DNA of 64,000 nucleotides, taken from the NCBI GenBank assembly GCA_036396635.1, contig DASWKM010000092.1, positions 9,798-73,797 of the forward strand, read 5' to 3'. This document shows positions 30,010-41,227 of the stretch, one piece after another. Within the stretch, counting starts at the first letter, position 1; the number at the start of each line of letters is the position of its first letter. Both the position numbers and the translations under genes were made by a program. The notes under the pieces were generated by a model. It worked only from the letters and a program-made list of their open reading frames with translations, was not told the origin of the DNA and did no database searches. The stretch is from Acidimicrobiia bacterium (lineage in GTDB: Bacteria; Actinomycetota; Acidimicrobiia; Spongiisociales; ZC4RG35).

Positions 30010-30761
30010 TCCAGGAGACGTTCTCAATCGACGGCACGCCCGAAATCGAGGTGCGCATCCAGTCCGGGCGTGTCGATGTGACACGCGGTGCGCCGGGGAC
30101 GGTCAAGGTCACTGTGGAGACCCAGGACGCCGACTTCTACGTCGAGCAGCGGGGCAACACCATCGTCGCCTCCTCCGAAAAGAACACTCCGTGGTTGTCC
30201 CGCGGCTCGTCCTTCGTTGCCATCGAGACGCCGGAAGGCAGCAACGTCTATGTAGGTGCAGCCTCGGCGAGAGTCGACTGTGAGCTCCCTCTCAACAGGG
30301 TCGAGGTGAAGACGGCCTCAGGTGACATCGAGATCGACACCGCTGAGACCGTCGTGGTGAAGAGCGCCAGTGGTGATGTGAAGGTCGGTTCGGTCAACAA
30401 GACGCTCCGGCTCACCTCGGCGTCAGGGTCGCTGCTCATCGACAGGTGCCGCGGCAGCGTGAACATCTCGACGGCCTCCGGTGACGTCCACATCGAGGAC
30501 TCGGAGGCGGCCATGAATGTCAACACCGTCTCGGGGGACATCGACATCTCCCGGCTCACCGGGAAGACCGCCGCATTCAAGTCGATGTCCGGCTCGATCA
30601 CGGTGGGGATACCGCGGGGCTCCGATGTCGATCTCGACGTGAACCTGCTCTCCGGGCGTCTCAACCTTCCCGAGCCGGAACCACGTGAGGGCGCTCCGGA
30701 GCGAGTGATCTCGATAAGGGCGAAATCGGTCTCTGGCGACCTGATGATCAGCCGAGCCTGA
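30006..30761 (+). CDS. DUF4097 family beta-strand repeat protein
   Basis: Six reiterations of (T/S)ASGD(I/V)x(I/V) (TASGDIEI, SASGDVKV, TASGDVHI, TVSGDIDI, SMSGSITV, SVSGDLMI), typical of DUF4097 beta-helix-like domains. GTG start overlaps the upstream stop (GTGA). Confidence 0.65.
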   Translation: MIQETFSIDGTPEIEVRIQSGRVDVTRGAPGTVKVTVETQDADFYVEQRGNTIVASSEKNTPWLSRGSSFVAIETPEGSNVYVGAASARVDCELPLNRVEVKTASGDIEIDTAETVVVKSASGDVKVGSVNKTLRLTSASGSLLIDRCRGSVNISTASGDVHIEDSEAAMNVNTVSGDIDISRLTGKTAAFKSMSGSITVGIPRGSDVDLDVNLLSGRLNLPEPEPREGAPERVISIRAKSVSGDLMISRA

Positions 30762-30764
30762 GTC

Positions 30765-32810
<2,046 letters not shown>

Positions 32811-32829
32811 TAGTCGAACCCCGGATCGA

Positions 32830-33351
32830 TCAGACTTCTTCCCCCATCAAACCCACATACGGGAGATTCCTGTATTTGCCGGCGTAATCGAGCCCGTAAC
32901 CCACGACGAACTCCGGCCCGATCGGGAAGGCGACGTACTTGACATCGATAGGCACCCTTTGGATGCCCTCTTTGACGAGGAGGGCGGCGATCTCGAGAGA
33001 GGCGGGCTTGCGAACCTGAAGGCTCTTGATGAGATAGTTGAGGGTGAGACCGGAGTCGATGATGTCCTCGACGATCAGCACATGACGATCTTCGATCTCC
33101 TCGTCCAGGTCTTTGAGGATCCTGACCACACCGGAAGTCTGCGTCGAGGCGCCGTATGAGGAGACGGCCATGAAGTCGAACTCACAGGCAAGATCGATGT
33201 ACCGGGCGAGGTCGGCCATCACCATGAAAGCGCCGCGGAGGACACCGACCAAGAGAACCTCCTTGCCGGCGTAGTCCTGGGAGATCTTTTTGCCCATCTC
33301 GGCGAGCTTCGAATCGATTTCCTCGGCAGTGATCAGGGGTGTGATGTTCAT
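32830..33351 (-). CDS. hpt: Hypoxanthine phosphoribosyltransferase
   Basis: PRPP-binding motif [14 protein letters not shown]. 173 aa. Conserved tilS-hpt-ftsH order. Confidence 0.88.
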   Translation of the reverse strand: MNITPLITAEEIDSKLAEMGKKISQDYAGKEVLLVGVLRGAFMVMADLARYIDLACEFDFMAVSSYGASTQTSGVVRILKDLDEEIEDRHVLIVEDIIDSGLTLNYLIKSLQVRKPASLEIAALLVKEGIQRVPIDVKYVAFPIGPEFVVGYGLDYAGKYRNLPYVGLMGEEV

Positions 33352-33379
33352 CCGGTTCCTTGGCGGTGAATTCGCAAAC

Positions 33380-33548
33380 TAGTGGTCTGTCGCGCAAATA
33401 GTGTGCGCGTGTGTCCGAGCCATCGGCGTCATCTGGCAAGGAGTAGCGCGCAGTCGCAGCCGGGGAGCTGCGGCGAGCACTTCGACGCAGCCAGGGGCGT
33501 TGAGGGCCGGAGAGACGCCACAAGTATTTGCGAGACGGGCCGCCAGCG
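33380..33548. mobile_element. MITE-like element, copy B (inverted relative to copy A, about 95% identical internally, right terminus decayed)
   Basis: Left end tagtggtctgtcgcgcaaata preceded by TA. Internal sequence nearly identical to the reverse complement of 22669-22835. Right end tatttgcgagacgggccgcc is degraded. Lies between the tilS stop and hpt start. Confidence 0.6.
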
Positions 33549-33574
33549 AACACGCTCCGATCCCACCAGGCGGC

Positions 33575-34546
33575 CTACTCGATGGTCAGAAGGGGGCCCC
33601 TTCGCGCCGCCGAGCGCCCCCCGGCCAGCTCCTGTCTCTCCGACTCACCTTTGGCCACCGACCACAGCCGGTCGACCCTGTCGGATGTGGGCCCGATCTC
33701 ATGACTCTCCAGAAGACCGACCAGCACCCGATCGGCCACCGGTCTCGGGAGTGTGGCCAACACCGAGACGGGGATCGATCCGCCCGCGCCGTATGGGGAG
33801 GCAAGTGCATCGAGAAACGCCGTGTCCCGGCCAATCGTGTCCGCGGCGCGGGCCAGGGATTCCACCACCTGCGGGTTCATCTCCCGGAGCAGCGGCAGCA
33901 AATGACGCCTAATGCGGTTACGGGCGAGGGTGACGTCGGCGTTCATCGGGTCGTCGATGAATGCGAGGCCGGCGAGAGCTGCTATCTCACGGGTCGCTTC
34001 TCTGCCGATCGCCAGCATTGGGCGGTAGATATGGGGAGGACGGTGCTCGGGGATGCCGGTCAACCCGGAAGGACCTGCGCCCCTGATCAGATTGATCAGG
34101 ATCGTCTCGGCATTGTCATCTCGAGTGTGGGCGGTGAGCAGAGCCAGGTCCGAGCTCTCGAATACGCGATACCTCGCCTCCCGGGCACGACCTTCCGGTG
34201 AGGGACCATCAGGCAGCGACACCACCGCGATCTCGATCGGCAACTCGAGCTGGGCGGCGATGTCTTGCGCAGCTTTCTGCATCATCGCCGACCCTGGTAG
34301 CTGGTGATCGACATGCAGGGCGCTCGTCTTGGCCCCCGCTTGGGACGCGAGATAGGCAAGGGCCGCCGAGTCGGCTCCACCGGACAGTGCCACGATCAGA
34401 GGCGCCTCCGGAAGCCTGAGGCGGGTCAGAGCATCGCTGACGAGCCGCGTCAGGCGACGCGTCGCAGCCATGACCGCGGGTCTTCGATCTCGCTCAGGTC
34501 GGGAAGACTGCTCGCCCCCTGGAAGGCGATCCCGAGGGCATCCCAC
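33575..34546 (-). CDS. tilS: tRNA(Ile)-lysidine synthetase
   Basis: PP-loop SGGADSAALAY near the N-terminus. Start uncertain because the ORF track overlaps the upstream gene by about 95 nt. MAATRRL at 34471 is more likely. Confidence 0.82.
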   Translation of the reverse strand: MGCPRDRLPGGEQSSRPERDRRPAVMAATRRLTRLVSDALTRLRLPEAPLIVALSGGADSAALAYLASQAGAKTSALHVDHQLPGSAMMQKAAQDIAAQLELPIEIAVVSLPDGPSPEGRAREARYRVFESSDLALLTAHTRDDNAETILINLIRGAGPSGLTGIPEHRPPHIYRPMLAIGREATREIAALAGLAFIDDPMNADVTLARNRIRRHLLPLLREMNPQVVESLARAADTIGRDTAFLDALASPYGAGGSIPVSVLATLPRPVADRVLVGLLESHEIGPTSDRVDRLWSVAKGESERQELAGGRSAARRGPLLTIE

Positions 34547-35490
34547 CCAGCCTCCCGCTCCACGGTCAGGACGAACAGCTCTCCCTGTTTGTATTGCTTC
34601 ATCTTCATCTCCAGCCCGGTGAGCCTGAAGAACGTCGCCGTTCGCTTGTCGAGACGGCGCGTCTTGAGAACCCGGCTCATCCGAGCCTGCGACTTGAGGC
34701 GCTCCGCCCCGATCCGATCCATGACCACGTGCCCATGACCTTCGAGCAGCGACATCAAGGCCTGGACCTTGTCCACCATGGCGTTCTGCTCCGGTGAGCC
34801 AAAGAGTCCCAGAAGCCCGCGCTCATCGATCACCGGCCGGCCGGAGGCACGTCGCTCACCGACCTCCTCGATGACCCTCCCGAGAACGCCTGACTCCGGG
34901 GTAGACGCCTCGACTAGCTCGGTGACGAGACTCATGAAGTAGCCACGCATCCAGGGGACCCCCTGGAACTGGGCGCGATGGGTGAGCTCGTGAAGGGCAA
35001 CCCAATAGCGAAACTCTGACGGTTTGAACTGATGGGTTCGCTCGAGCTGGAGGATGTTCGGTCCGACGTACGCCACCACGTCTCCCTGCTCTCCGGTGGG
35101 CAAAACCAGCTCGTATTGGCCCAGGACGCGCCGTGAGAGGACACTGAGGATGGCCTTCGTCTCGGTGTCCATGAGCCGCTGGGCCATTGCCGTCGCCCCT
35201 TGTCCTCGCCCGGCGAGGGCCATGCGCTCCTCGAGCTTCTTCCGCACCGGCGCCGTCAAATGGGCGAAGGCCGACACATTGCGCTCGATCCAGGCCGTCC
35301 GGTCGATGACAACCGTTCGTGGTGACCCCGCCAACGTCATCCCGGTGGTCTCGGCCACGATAGGCGAGACCTCGGACGTGACTCTCTCCATCTCCTCGGT
35401 GAGCGAGCCGATGTGATAGGTCTCAGCGAGTGGGTAAGTGCCGGCCAGCCGGCCGATCAGGTGACCGCCACCGGCCCGTGAGGTCATCAC
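34450..35490 (-). CDS. Zinc-dependent metalloprotease, DUF2342-like (zincin fold)
   Basis: HExxH motif ALHELTHRAQF. Conserved position upstream of tilS, as with Rv3626c-like proteins in actinobacteria. Confidence 0.6.
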   Translation of the reverse strand: MMTSRAGGGHLIGRLAGTYPLAETYHIGSLTEEMERVTSEVSPIVAETTGMTLAGSPRTVVIDRTAWIERNVSAFAHLTAPVRKKLEERMALAGRGQGATAMAQRLMDTETKAILSVLSRRVLGQYELVLPTGEQGDVVAYVGPNILQLERTHQFKPSEFRYWVALHELTHRAQFQGVPWMRGYFMSLVTELVEASTPESGVLGRVIEEVGERRASGRPVIDERGLLGLFGSPEQNAMVDKVQALMSLLEGHGHVVMDRIGAERLKSQARMSRVLKTRRLDKRTATFFRLTGLEMKMKQYKQGELFVLTVEREAGWDALGIAFQGASSLPDLSEIEDPRSWLRRVA

Positions 35491-35804
35491 TCTTCGATGA
35501 TGCGGTAACGCTTGCGCACGACCTCGGTGAAGTACTTGATCGCGGTGAGGACGATGATCACGACGGCGAGCACCAACGCAGCCGGGACCATGTACCGGTA
35601 GGTCCAGTCCGTCTCAACAGGTGCGCTCTCGGTCGTGTCGACGGAGACTGCGGGGCTCAGACCACTGCTGACTGTCGTGGTGGTCACCTCGTCGCCGTCG
35701 CCTTGGGCGGAAGCCTGCTCGGCCGTGCCGGCGAACGTGGAAAGCATCATCAAGATCATGATGACGAGCAGCAGCATGGACGATTTACGTTGCTGTCGGC
35801 TCAT
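35487..35804 (-). CDS. Small secreted/membrane-anchored hypothetical protein
   Basis: N-terminal signal-like segment and a C-terminal TM helix (VPAALVLAVVIIVLTAI). No motif. Confidence 0.35.
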   Translation of the reverse strand: MSRQQRKSSMLLLVIMILMMLSTFAGTAEQASAQGDGDEVTTTTVSSGLSPAVSVDTTESAPVETDWTYRYMVPAALVLAVVIIVLTAIKYFTEVVRKRYRIIEE

Positions 35805-35841
35805 TCATTCAGCCTAACCGGCAGCCAAGTCGAACAGCGAC

Positions 35842-36087
35842 CTACGAATGCTCCTGTGCCTGCTCCTCACGGATGAGCTCCCTGACGCTCGCGACGAGGG
35901 TTTCGGGCATGTCCTCCTCGAGGTGGCTGCGAATCACGCCCTTGAGCCGTCGTTCGAATTCGAATGATCCGAAACAACCGCTGCACTCCTCGAGATGCAC
36001 CCGAATTCGAGCGGCGGTGAGCTGGTCGAGCTCGTCGTCGAGGTACCGATAGAGCTGTCGGCTTGCTTCATCGCAGTTGTGACTCAT
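35842..36087 (-). CDS. rshA: Zinc-associated anti-sigma factor (RsrA/RshA family)
   Basis: ZAS HxxxCxxC motif (VHLEECSGC) in an ~80-aa protein. ATG overlaps the sigma gene stop (ATGA). Confidence 0.8.
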   Translation of the reverse strand: MSHNCDEASRQLYRYLDDELDQLTAARIRVHLEECSGCFGSFEFERRLKGVIRSHLEEDMPETLVASVRELIREEQAQEHS

Positions 36088-36662
36088 GGTCTTTCGGCGT
36101 CCTGGGGCACGAGCCCGCGCTTGCTTGCAAACTCCCACAACCGCTTCTGCATCGCTTTTCTTCCTCGGTGAAGTCGTGACATGACCGTGCCGATCGGTAT
36201 GTCGAGGATCTCGGCGATCTCCTTGTAGGAGAAGCCCTCGAGGTCGGCCAGGAGCACCGGCATCCGGAAGCTCTCGGGCAGCTCCTCGACAGCTTCCTTG
36301 ATCTCCGATTCGACCAAGCCGTCCAGCACGCGATCCTCGGTAGTTCGGGCAGCCTCGGCCGATTCCTCGGAACCTATGCGACGGTAGAGATAGAGGTCCT
36401 CGACGTCACCTAGATCGACCTCATTGGGACGTCTGGTGTCCTTGCGATACTTGTTGATGTAGGTGTTGGTGAGAATCCGGTACAGCCATGCCTTGAGGTT
36501 GGTGCCTTCCTCGAACGTGTGGTACGCCCTGTACGCCTTCAGGTATGTCTCTTGAACCAGGTCTTCTGCGTCGGCGGCGTTCCTGGCCATGCGCATTGCG
36601 GCGGAGAACAGCTGCCGCGAGTACTGCAGGGCGTCTCGCTCGAAGTCCGCCTTGTCCGCCAT
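36084..36662 (-). CDS. sigH: ECF RNA polymerase sigma factor (SigH/SigR-like)
   Basis: Region 2 ([17 protein letters not shown]...[17 protein letters not shown]) and region 4 ([33 protein letters not shown]). Paired with a ZAS anti-sigma. Confidence 0.82.
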   Translation of the reverse strand: MADKADFERDALQYSRQLFSAAMRMARNAADAEDLVQETYLKAYRAYHTFEEGTNLKAWLYRILTNTYINKYRKDTRRPNEVDLGDVEDLYLYRRIGSEESAEAARTTEDRVLDGLVESEIKEAVEELPESFRMPVLLADLEGFSYKEIAEILDIPIGTVMSRLHRGRKAMQKRLWEFASKRGLVPQDAERP

Positions 36663-36752
36663 CCATCGGCACGGTAGCCCCGTGCCCGGCAAAGCTCGTA
36701 CCTGGTCACGGAACCGGCTACCACCTCCGCGGTACTGCCGGTGCAACGAGCC

Positions 36753-36826
36753 GGAGCCGGAGAGGGGAGTCGAACCCCTGGCCTATTCATTACGAGTGAA
36801 TTGCTCTACCACTGAGCTACTCCGGC
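36753..36826 (-). tRNA. tRNA-Thr (anticodon CGT)
   Basis: Reverse complement GCCGGAGTAGCTCAGTGGTAGAGCAATTCACTCGTAATGAATAGGCCAGGGGTTCGACTCCCCTCTCCGGCT. Anticodon loop CTCGTAA gives CGU. CC is encoded. Confidence 0.85.
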
Positions 36827-36912
36827 GGAGAGATGATTTTAGGGCGCCTCGGATGCCTCGGCCATCTGGGGTGCATTGAACGATCCAGGGCGGTGCTCAA
36901 TGCACACCAGCG

Positions 36913-37935
36913 TCATCCCTCCGAGCCCAAGCCGGCAAACAGGTTGGCCAACACCAGCTCGCGACGCAGGTTGGCCTGGATGTCGACCACCGCGTCGAGC
37001 ACGGCCTCCGTCGCGGACACCGCCTTCCGAGGTGACACCTCGGTCAGTGAGGCCAGATCGAGGTCGCCGTTGCGAATCGGGCCTCCCAATTGCAGCGCGG
37101 CGGAGTCGGAGTACCACGAGGCCAGGATCTCCAGCCCGCCAACCAGAAGTGACAGCTCCGCACGGCGTCGTGCACGTTGTGCCTTGTCCTTGGCGAGGTC
37201 GGCAGGGACCGCGTCGTCCACCAAAGGCTCTAGCCCCCTGAGCACCTCCGAGGCCAAACGTTGGCCATCACCCGGGTGCGGGCTGACCTGACTCGGGATC
37301 GAAAGCCACATCTCTCGAAACCTGGCCACTTCGGGCCGGCTCATCAAGGCGAGGGCGAGCCCAGGCCGGCCACCGGAGACCGCTGCCACGTTGTTGGCAG
37401 CCCCCTCCTCGAGCCCACGCTCGACCAGGGCTTCGATGATCTCGGCAAACGGCACTCTTCCCATGTGGACCGACCGGCACCGGGACGCCACAGTGGGCGG
37501 GAAGTCGTCCTCGGATTCGGCGACGAGAAGAAACACCACCTGCGACGACGGCTCCTCGAGGGTCTTGAGCAGGGCATTGGCAGCCTGTTCGGTCATCGCC
37601 CCGGCGTCGGGGAACAGGAACACGCTTCGAGGTGCCTCGATGGGTGTCATCGACGCCCGCGAGACCACATCGCGAGCCTGATCGACGCCGAGGGCCGCGG
37701 CCCCCTCCGGCTCCACCACGGTCAAGTCGGGGTGAGATGAGGCAAGTGCCAGCCGTCGTGTTCGCTCGTCAGCGAGACCACCCAGAAGACCCGCGGCAAA
37801 ACGCGTCGCCAACAGCTCCTTGCCGATCGATTGCGGTCCCGTGAACAGATATGCCTGAGCCGGCCGTTCCAGCTCGGACCTGAGCAGCTCGACAACGGCA
37901 TGGTGACCGATCACACCGGCGAAGAGGTCGTTCAC
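36913..37935 (-). CDS. holB: DNA polymerase III subunit delta'
   Basis: AAA+-like N-terminus with GPQSIGK P-loop remnant. Conserved tmk-holB order. Confidence 0.78.
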   Translation of the reverse strand: MNDLFAGVIGHHAVVELLRSELERPAQAYLFTGPQSIGKELLATRFAAGLLGGLADERTRRLALASSHPDLTVVEPEGAAALGVDQARDVVSRASMTPIEAPRSVFLFPDAGAMTEQAANALLKTLEEPSSQVVFLLVAESEDDFPPTVASRCRSVHMGRVPFAEIIEALVERGLEEGAANNVAAVSGGRPGLALALMSRPEVARFREMWLSIPSQVSPHPGDGQRLASEVLRGLEPLVDDAVPADLAKDKAQRARRRAELSLLVGGLEILASWYSDSAALQLGGPIRNGDLDLASLTEVSPRKAVSATEAVLDAVVDIQANLRRELVLANLFAGLGSEG

Positions 37936-38576
37936 AGAATCACTCGGATCATGTGGGTGACGATCTCATCAACCGACAACGACCCTTCGATCACCTCGAC
38001 CTTGTCGTCCTGGGTGGCCAGATCGAGATAGGCCGCGCGCACCGAGCTCTGGAAGTCGACCCCCTCTCTCCCGATCCGATCGGGTCTGCCCTGACGTGCC
38101 AACGCGACCGCTGGATCGACGTCCAAGACAAAGACATGATCGGGAACGACTCCCTCGAGACCCATCTCGTTAATGGCCCTCACCTTCTGCTCGCCAACCC
38201 CTCGCCCCCGCCCTTGATAGGCGATCGAGGAGAAGTAGGAGCGATCCGAGACCACCCAGATTCCGGCGGCAAGGGCGGGGGCCACGACCTCCCGGGCCAG
38301 CTCGGCACGTTGGGCCGCGAACAGGAAGACCTCCGCCCAGTCGTCAAGCTTCTCCGAGTCCAACAGCAACTCACGGATCTGCTCGCCAAGACGTGTGCCA
38401 CCAGGTTCGCGGACCGTCATCGCCTCGAAGCCGGCAGTGACCAGACGTTCCACCAGGGCATGGGCGACCGTGCTCTTGCCACTCCCGTCGACGCCTTCGA
38501 GGGCCACGTATCTGCTCACATTCACACGGTAATCAGAGGGTAGGACATCACCGGAGAGATTGACATAGGCGTCCAA
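37932..38576 (-). CDS. tmk: dTMP kinase
   Basis: P-loop EGVDGSGKST. DRS motif (VVSDRSYFSS). 214 aa. Confidence 0.88.
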   Translation of the reverse strand: MDAYVNLSGDVLPSDYRVNVSRYVALEGVDGSGKSTVAHALVERLVTAGFEAMTVREPGGTRLGEQIRELLLDSEKLDDWAEVFLFAAQRAELAREVVAPALAAGIWVVSDRSYFSSIAYQGRGRGVGEQKVRAINEMGLEGVVPDHVFVLDVDPAVALARQGRPDRIGREGVDFQSSVRAAYLDLATQDDKVEVIEGSLSVDEIVTHMIRVIL

Positions 38577-38597
38577 GTTGGTGTCAACTGCCAGCCA

Positions 38598-41162
38598 ATG
38601 CCGAAGAGCCTTGTCATCGTCGAGTCACCCACGAAGGCCCGGACCATCCGCTCTTTCCTGGGTTCTGATGCCACCGTGGAGTCGTCGATGGGCCACATCC
38701 GCGACCTGCCGAGATCGGCCTCCGAGATCCCAGCCAGCGCCAAAGGTGAGGGTTGGGCCCGCCTGGGCGTCAATGTGGAGAACGACTTCGCCCCGTTGTA
38801 CGTGGTGCCCAAGGAGCGAAAGAACCAGGTCAAGAAGCTGAGGGATCTGCTCAAGGACGCCGACGAGCTCTATCTCGCCACGGACGAGGATCGGGAGGGT
38901 GAAGCCATCGCATGGCACCTCGTAGAAGTCCTCAAACCCAAGGTGCCGGTACGTCGGATGGTGTTCCACGAGATCACCAAGCCGGCCATCGAGGAGGCGT
39001 TCTCGAACCCGCGCCAGCTCGACGAGAGACTCGTGTCCGCTCAAGAGGCCCGACGAATCCTCGACCGTCTCTACGGGTACGAGGTCTCGCCGGTGCTATG
39101 GAAGAAGGTCCAGCCCAAGCTCTCAGCCGGCCGTGTCCAAAGCGTCGCCGTCCGCATCGTGGTGGAGAGGGAACGGGAGCGGATGGCTTTCGTGCCCGCC
39201 GGGTACTGGTCGATCGAGGGAAAGTTCGCCCGGGCCGACGACCTCGATGCGAGGTTTGCGGCGACGTTGCTGTCAATCGACGACCGGCGGGTGGCGGCCG
39301 GGCGCGACTTCGACGCCGGCGGCAGGCCAAAAGAGGGCGCACTCGTGCTCGACCAGGCGACGGCGACGAGGCTGGCACACGGGTTGCGTGACTCCGAGTT
39401 CAGGGTCATCTCCGTCGAACCCAAGCCCTACACCCGGAAGCCGTATCCCCCCTTCAGGACGTCGACGCTGCAACAGGAGGCCGGACGCAAACTCCGCTAT
39501 TCCTCATCACGGACGATGTCGGTCGCCCAGCGTCTCTACGAGAGCGGCTTCATCACGTATATGCGCACCGACTCGGCGGAATTGTCGGGGGTCGCGGTGA
39601 CGGCCGCCCGCTCCCAGGTGAGGAAGCTGTACGGCCCGGAGTACCTGTCCCCATCTCCGCGCAGCTACGCAGGGCAGCAAGCCAAAGGCGCTCAGGAGGC
39701 CCACGAGGCGATCCGTCCCGCTGGAGACTTCCTCACGCCCGAACGGGTGGCCACACAAGTCGGACACGACGAGGCCGCCCTCTATGACCTGATCTGGAAG
39801 CGGACGGTCGCATCCCAGATGGCGGACGCCAAGGGGGTGACCGTCTCGGTGCGGCTCGGAGCCAAGACCAGCGATGAGGAATCGGTCCTCTTCGCGGCGA
39901 GCGGTAGGACCATCACGTTCCCCGGGTTCCTCAGGGCTTACGTCCAGGGCGCAGATGACCCCGAATCGGAGCTGGACGACCGGGAGAAGATCCTTCCCCC
40001 ACTCACCGAGGATGACGCCATCGCAGTGGAGCGTCTCGAGCCGACCGGGCATGAGACCCGCCCGCCCGCCCGCTACACCGAAGCGTCGTTGGTGCAAAGA
40101 CTCGAGGAGCTGGGTGTCGGGAGACCCTCGACATATGCGTCCATCATGACCACGATCCAGGACCGCGGTTATGTCTTCAAGAAGGGCACGGCCCTGGTCC
40201 CGACATTCACCGCGTTCGGTGTTGTGGGGCTGATGGAGAACCATTTCCCCAACCTGATCGACTACGAGTTCACCGCAGCCATGGAGGCGGATCTCGACCG
40301 TATCGCCGAGGGTGAAGAAGAGACGGTTCCTTGGTTGACCGCCTTCTACTTCGGAGAGGATGGCTTGAAGGAGAGGGTGGCGGCGCGTCTTGACGACATC
40401 GACCCTCGAGAGATCAACTCGATCCCGATCGGCGTCGACTCCGAGGGCCGCGCCATCGTCGCCAGGATTGGCCGTTATGGGCCTTACGTGGAACGTGGCG
40501 AGGAGCGTGGCTCGATCCCAGGTGACCTGGCGCCCGATGAAGTCACTGTCGACAGGGCAGTCGAATTGCTCGAGCGGCAAGCCGCCGGCGACAAGATCCT
40601 CGGCACCGATCCGGGGAGCGGTCTGACCGTATTTGCCAGAACCGGGCGTTTCGGTCCGTATGTGCAGCTTGGTGACTCGGACGAAGCCAGCAAGTCCGGG
40701 CCAAAGCGGGCATCTCTCTTCCGGACGATGACACTCGATGAGCTCGGCCTCGACGATGCCCTCAAGCTTCTATCACTCCCACGGAGCGTGGGGACAGACG
40801 ATGAGGGAATCGACATCACGGCGCTCAATGGTCGTTATGGCCCCTATATCCAGCGAGGTGATGACCGTCGCAGTCTCGAGAGCGAGGATCAGCTGTTCTC
40901 CCTGACCGTCGAAGAGGCCATGAAGCTGCTGGCCGAGCCACCAAAGCGCAGGGGACAGACGAGGGCGTCGACGGTCAAAGAGCTCGGGACCGACCCTGTC
41001 TCGGGTAGGACGGTAACGCTCCGCTCGGGCCGGTACGGCCCCTACGTCACCGACGGAGAGATCAATGCCTCCCTACGGCAGGGGGACTCACCGGAGGGGA
41101 TCACGATCGAGCGTGCCACCGAGCTCCTCCAGGCCCGCAGGGAAAGGTCAACGCGTTCCTAA
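38598..41162 (+). CDS. topA: DNA topoisomerase I
   Basis: TOPRIM N-terminus (LVIVESPTKARTI). Catalytic Tyr-region toprim/topo IA domains. Basic C-terminal repeats (GRYGPY x4) typical of actinobacterial TopA. Confidence 0.93.
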   Translation: MPKSLVIVESPTKARTIRSFLGSDATVESSMGHIRDLPRSASEIPASAKGEGWARLGVNVENDFAPLYVVPKERKNQVKKLRDLLKDADELYLATDEDREGEAIAWHLVEVLKPKVPVRRMVFHEITKPAIEEAFSNPRQLDERLVSAQEARRILDRLYGYEVSPVLWKKVQPKLSAGRVQSVAVRIVVERERERMAFVPAGYWSIEGKFARADDLDARFAATLLSIDDRRVAAGRDFDAGGRPKEGALVLDQATATRLAHGLRDSEFRVISVEPKPYTRKPYPPFRTSTLQQEAGRKLRYSSSRTMSVAQRLYESGFITYMRTDSAELSGVAVTAARSQVRKLYGPEYLSPSPRSYAGQQAKGAQEAHEAIRPAGDFLTPERVATQVGHDEAALYDLIWKRTVASQMADAKGVTVSVRLGAKTSDEESVLFAASGRTITFPGFLRAYVQGADDPESELDDREKILPPLTEDDAIAVERLEPTGHETRPPARYTEASLVQRLEELGVGRPSTYASIMTTIQDRGYVFKKGTALVPTFTAFGVVGLMENHFPNLIDYEFTAAMEADLDRIAEGEEETVPWLTAFYFGEDGLKERVAARLDDIDPREINSIPIGVDSEGRAIVARIGRYGPYVERGEERGSIPGDLAPDEVTVDRAVELLERQAAGDKILGTDPGSGLTVFARTGRFGPYVQLGDSDEASKSGPKRASLFRTMTLDELGLDDALKLLSLPRSVGTDDEGIDITALNGRYGPYIQRGDDRRSLESEDQLFSLTVEEAMKLLAEPPKRRGQTRASTVKELGTDPVSGRTVTLRSGRYGPYVTDGEINASLRQGDSPEGITIERATELLQARRERSTRS

Positions 41163-41227
41163 TGCGCCGGTGATCACTATTGATCATTTGGACGTATGCA
41201 ACGGGGATGACTCAGGCCTGAGCCAGG

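Noticed and set aside
36663-36752. SigR/SigH-type autoregulatory promoter (GGAAT-N18-GTT) upstream of sigH
   Set aside because: Not found on the correct strand. The only GGAAC motif points toward the tRNA on the opposite orientation.
41163-41227. Terminator between convergent topA and phoH2
   Set aside because: Only short palindromes are present (ctcaggcctgag, tgatca repeats), without a convincing stem plus U-tract. Left unannotated.
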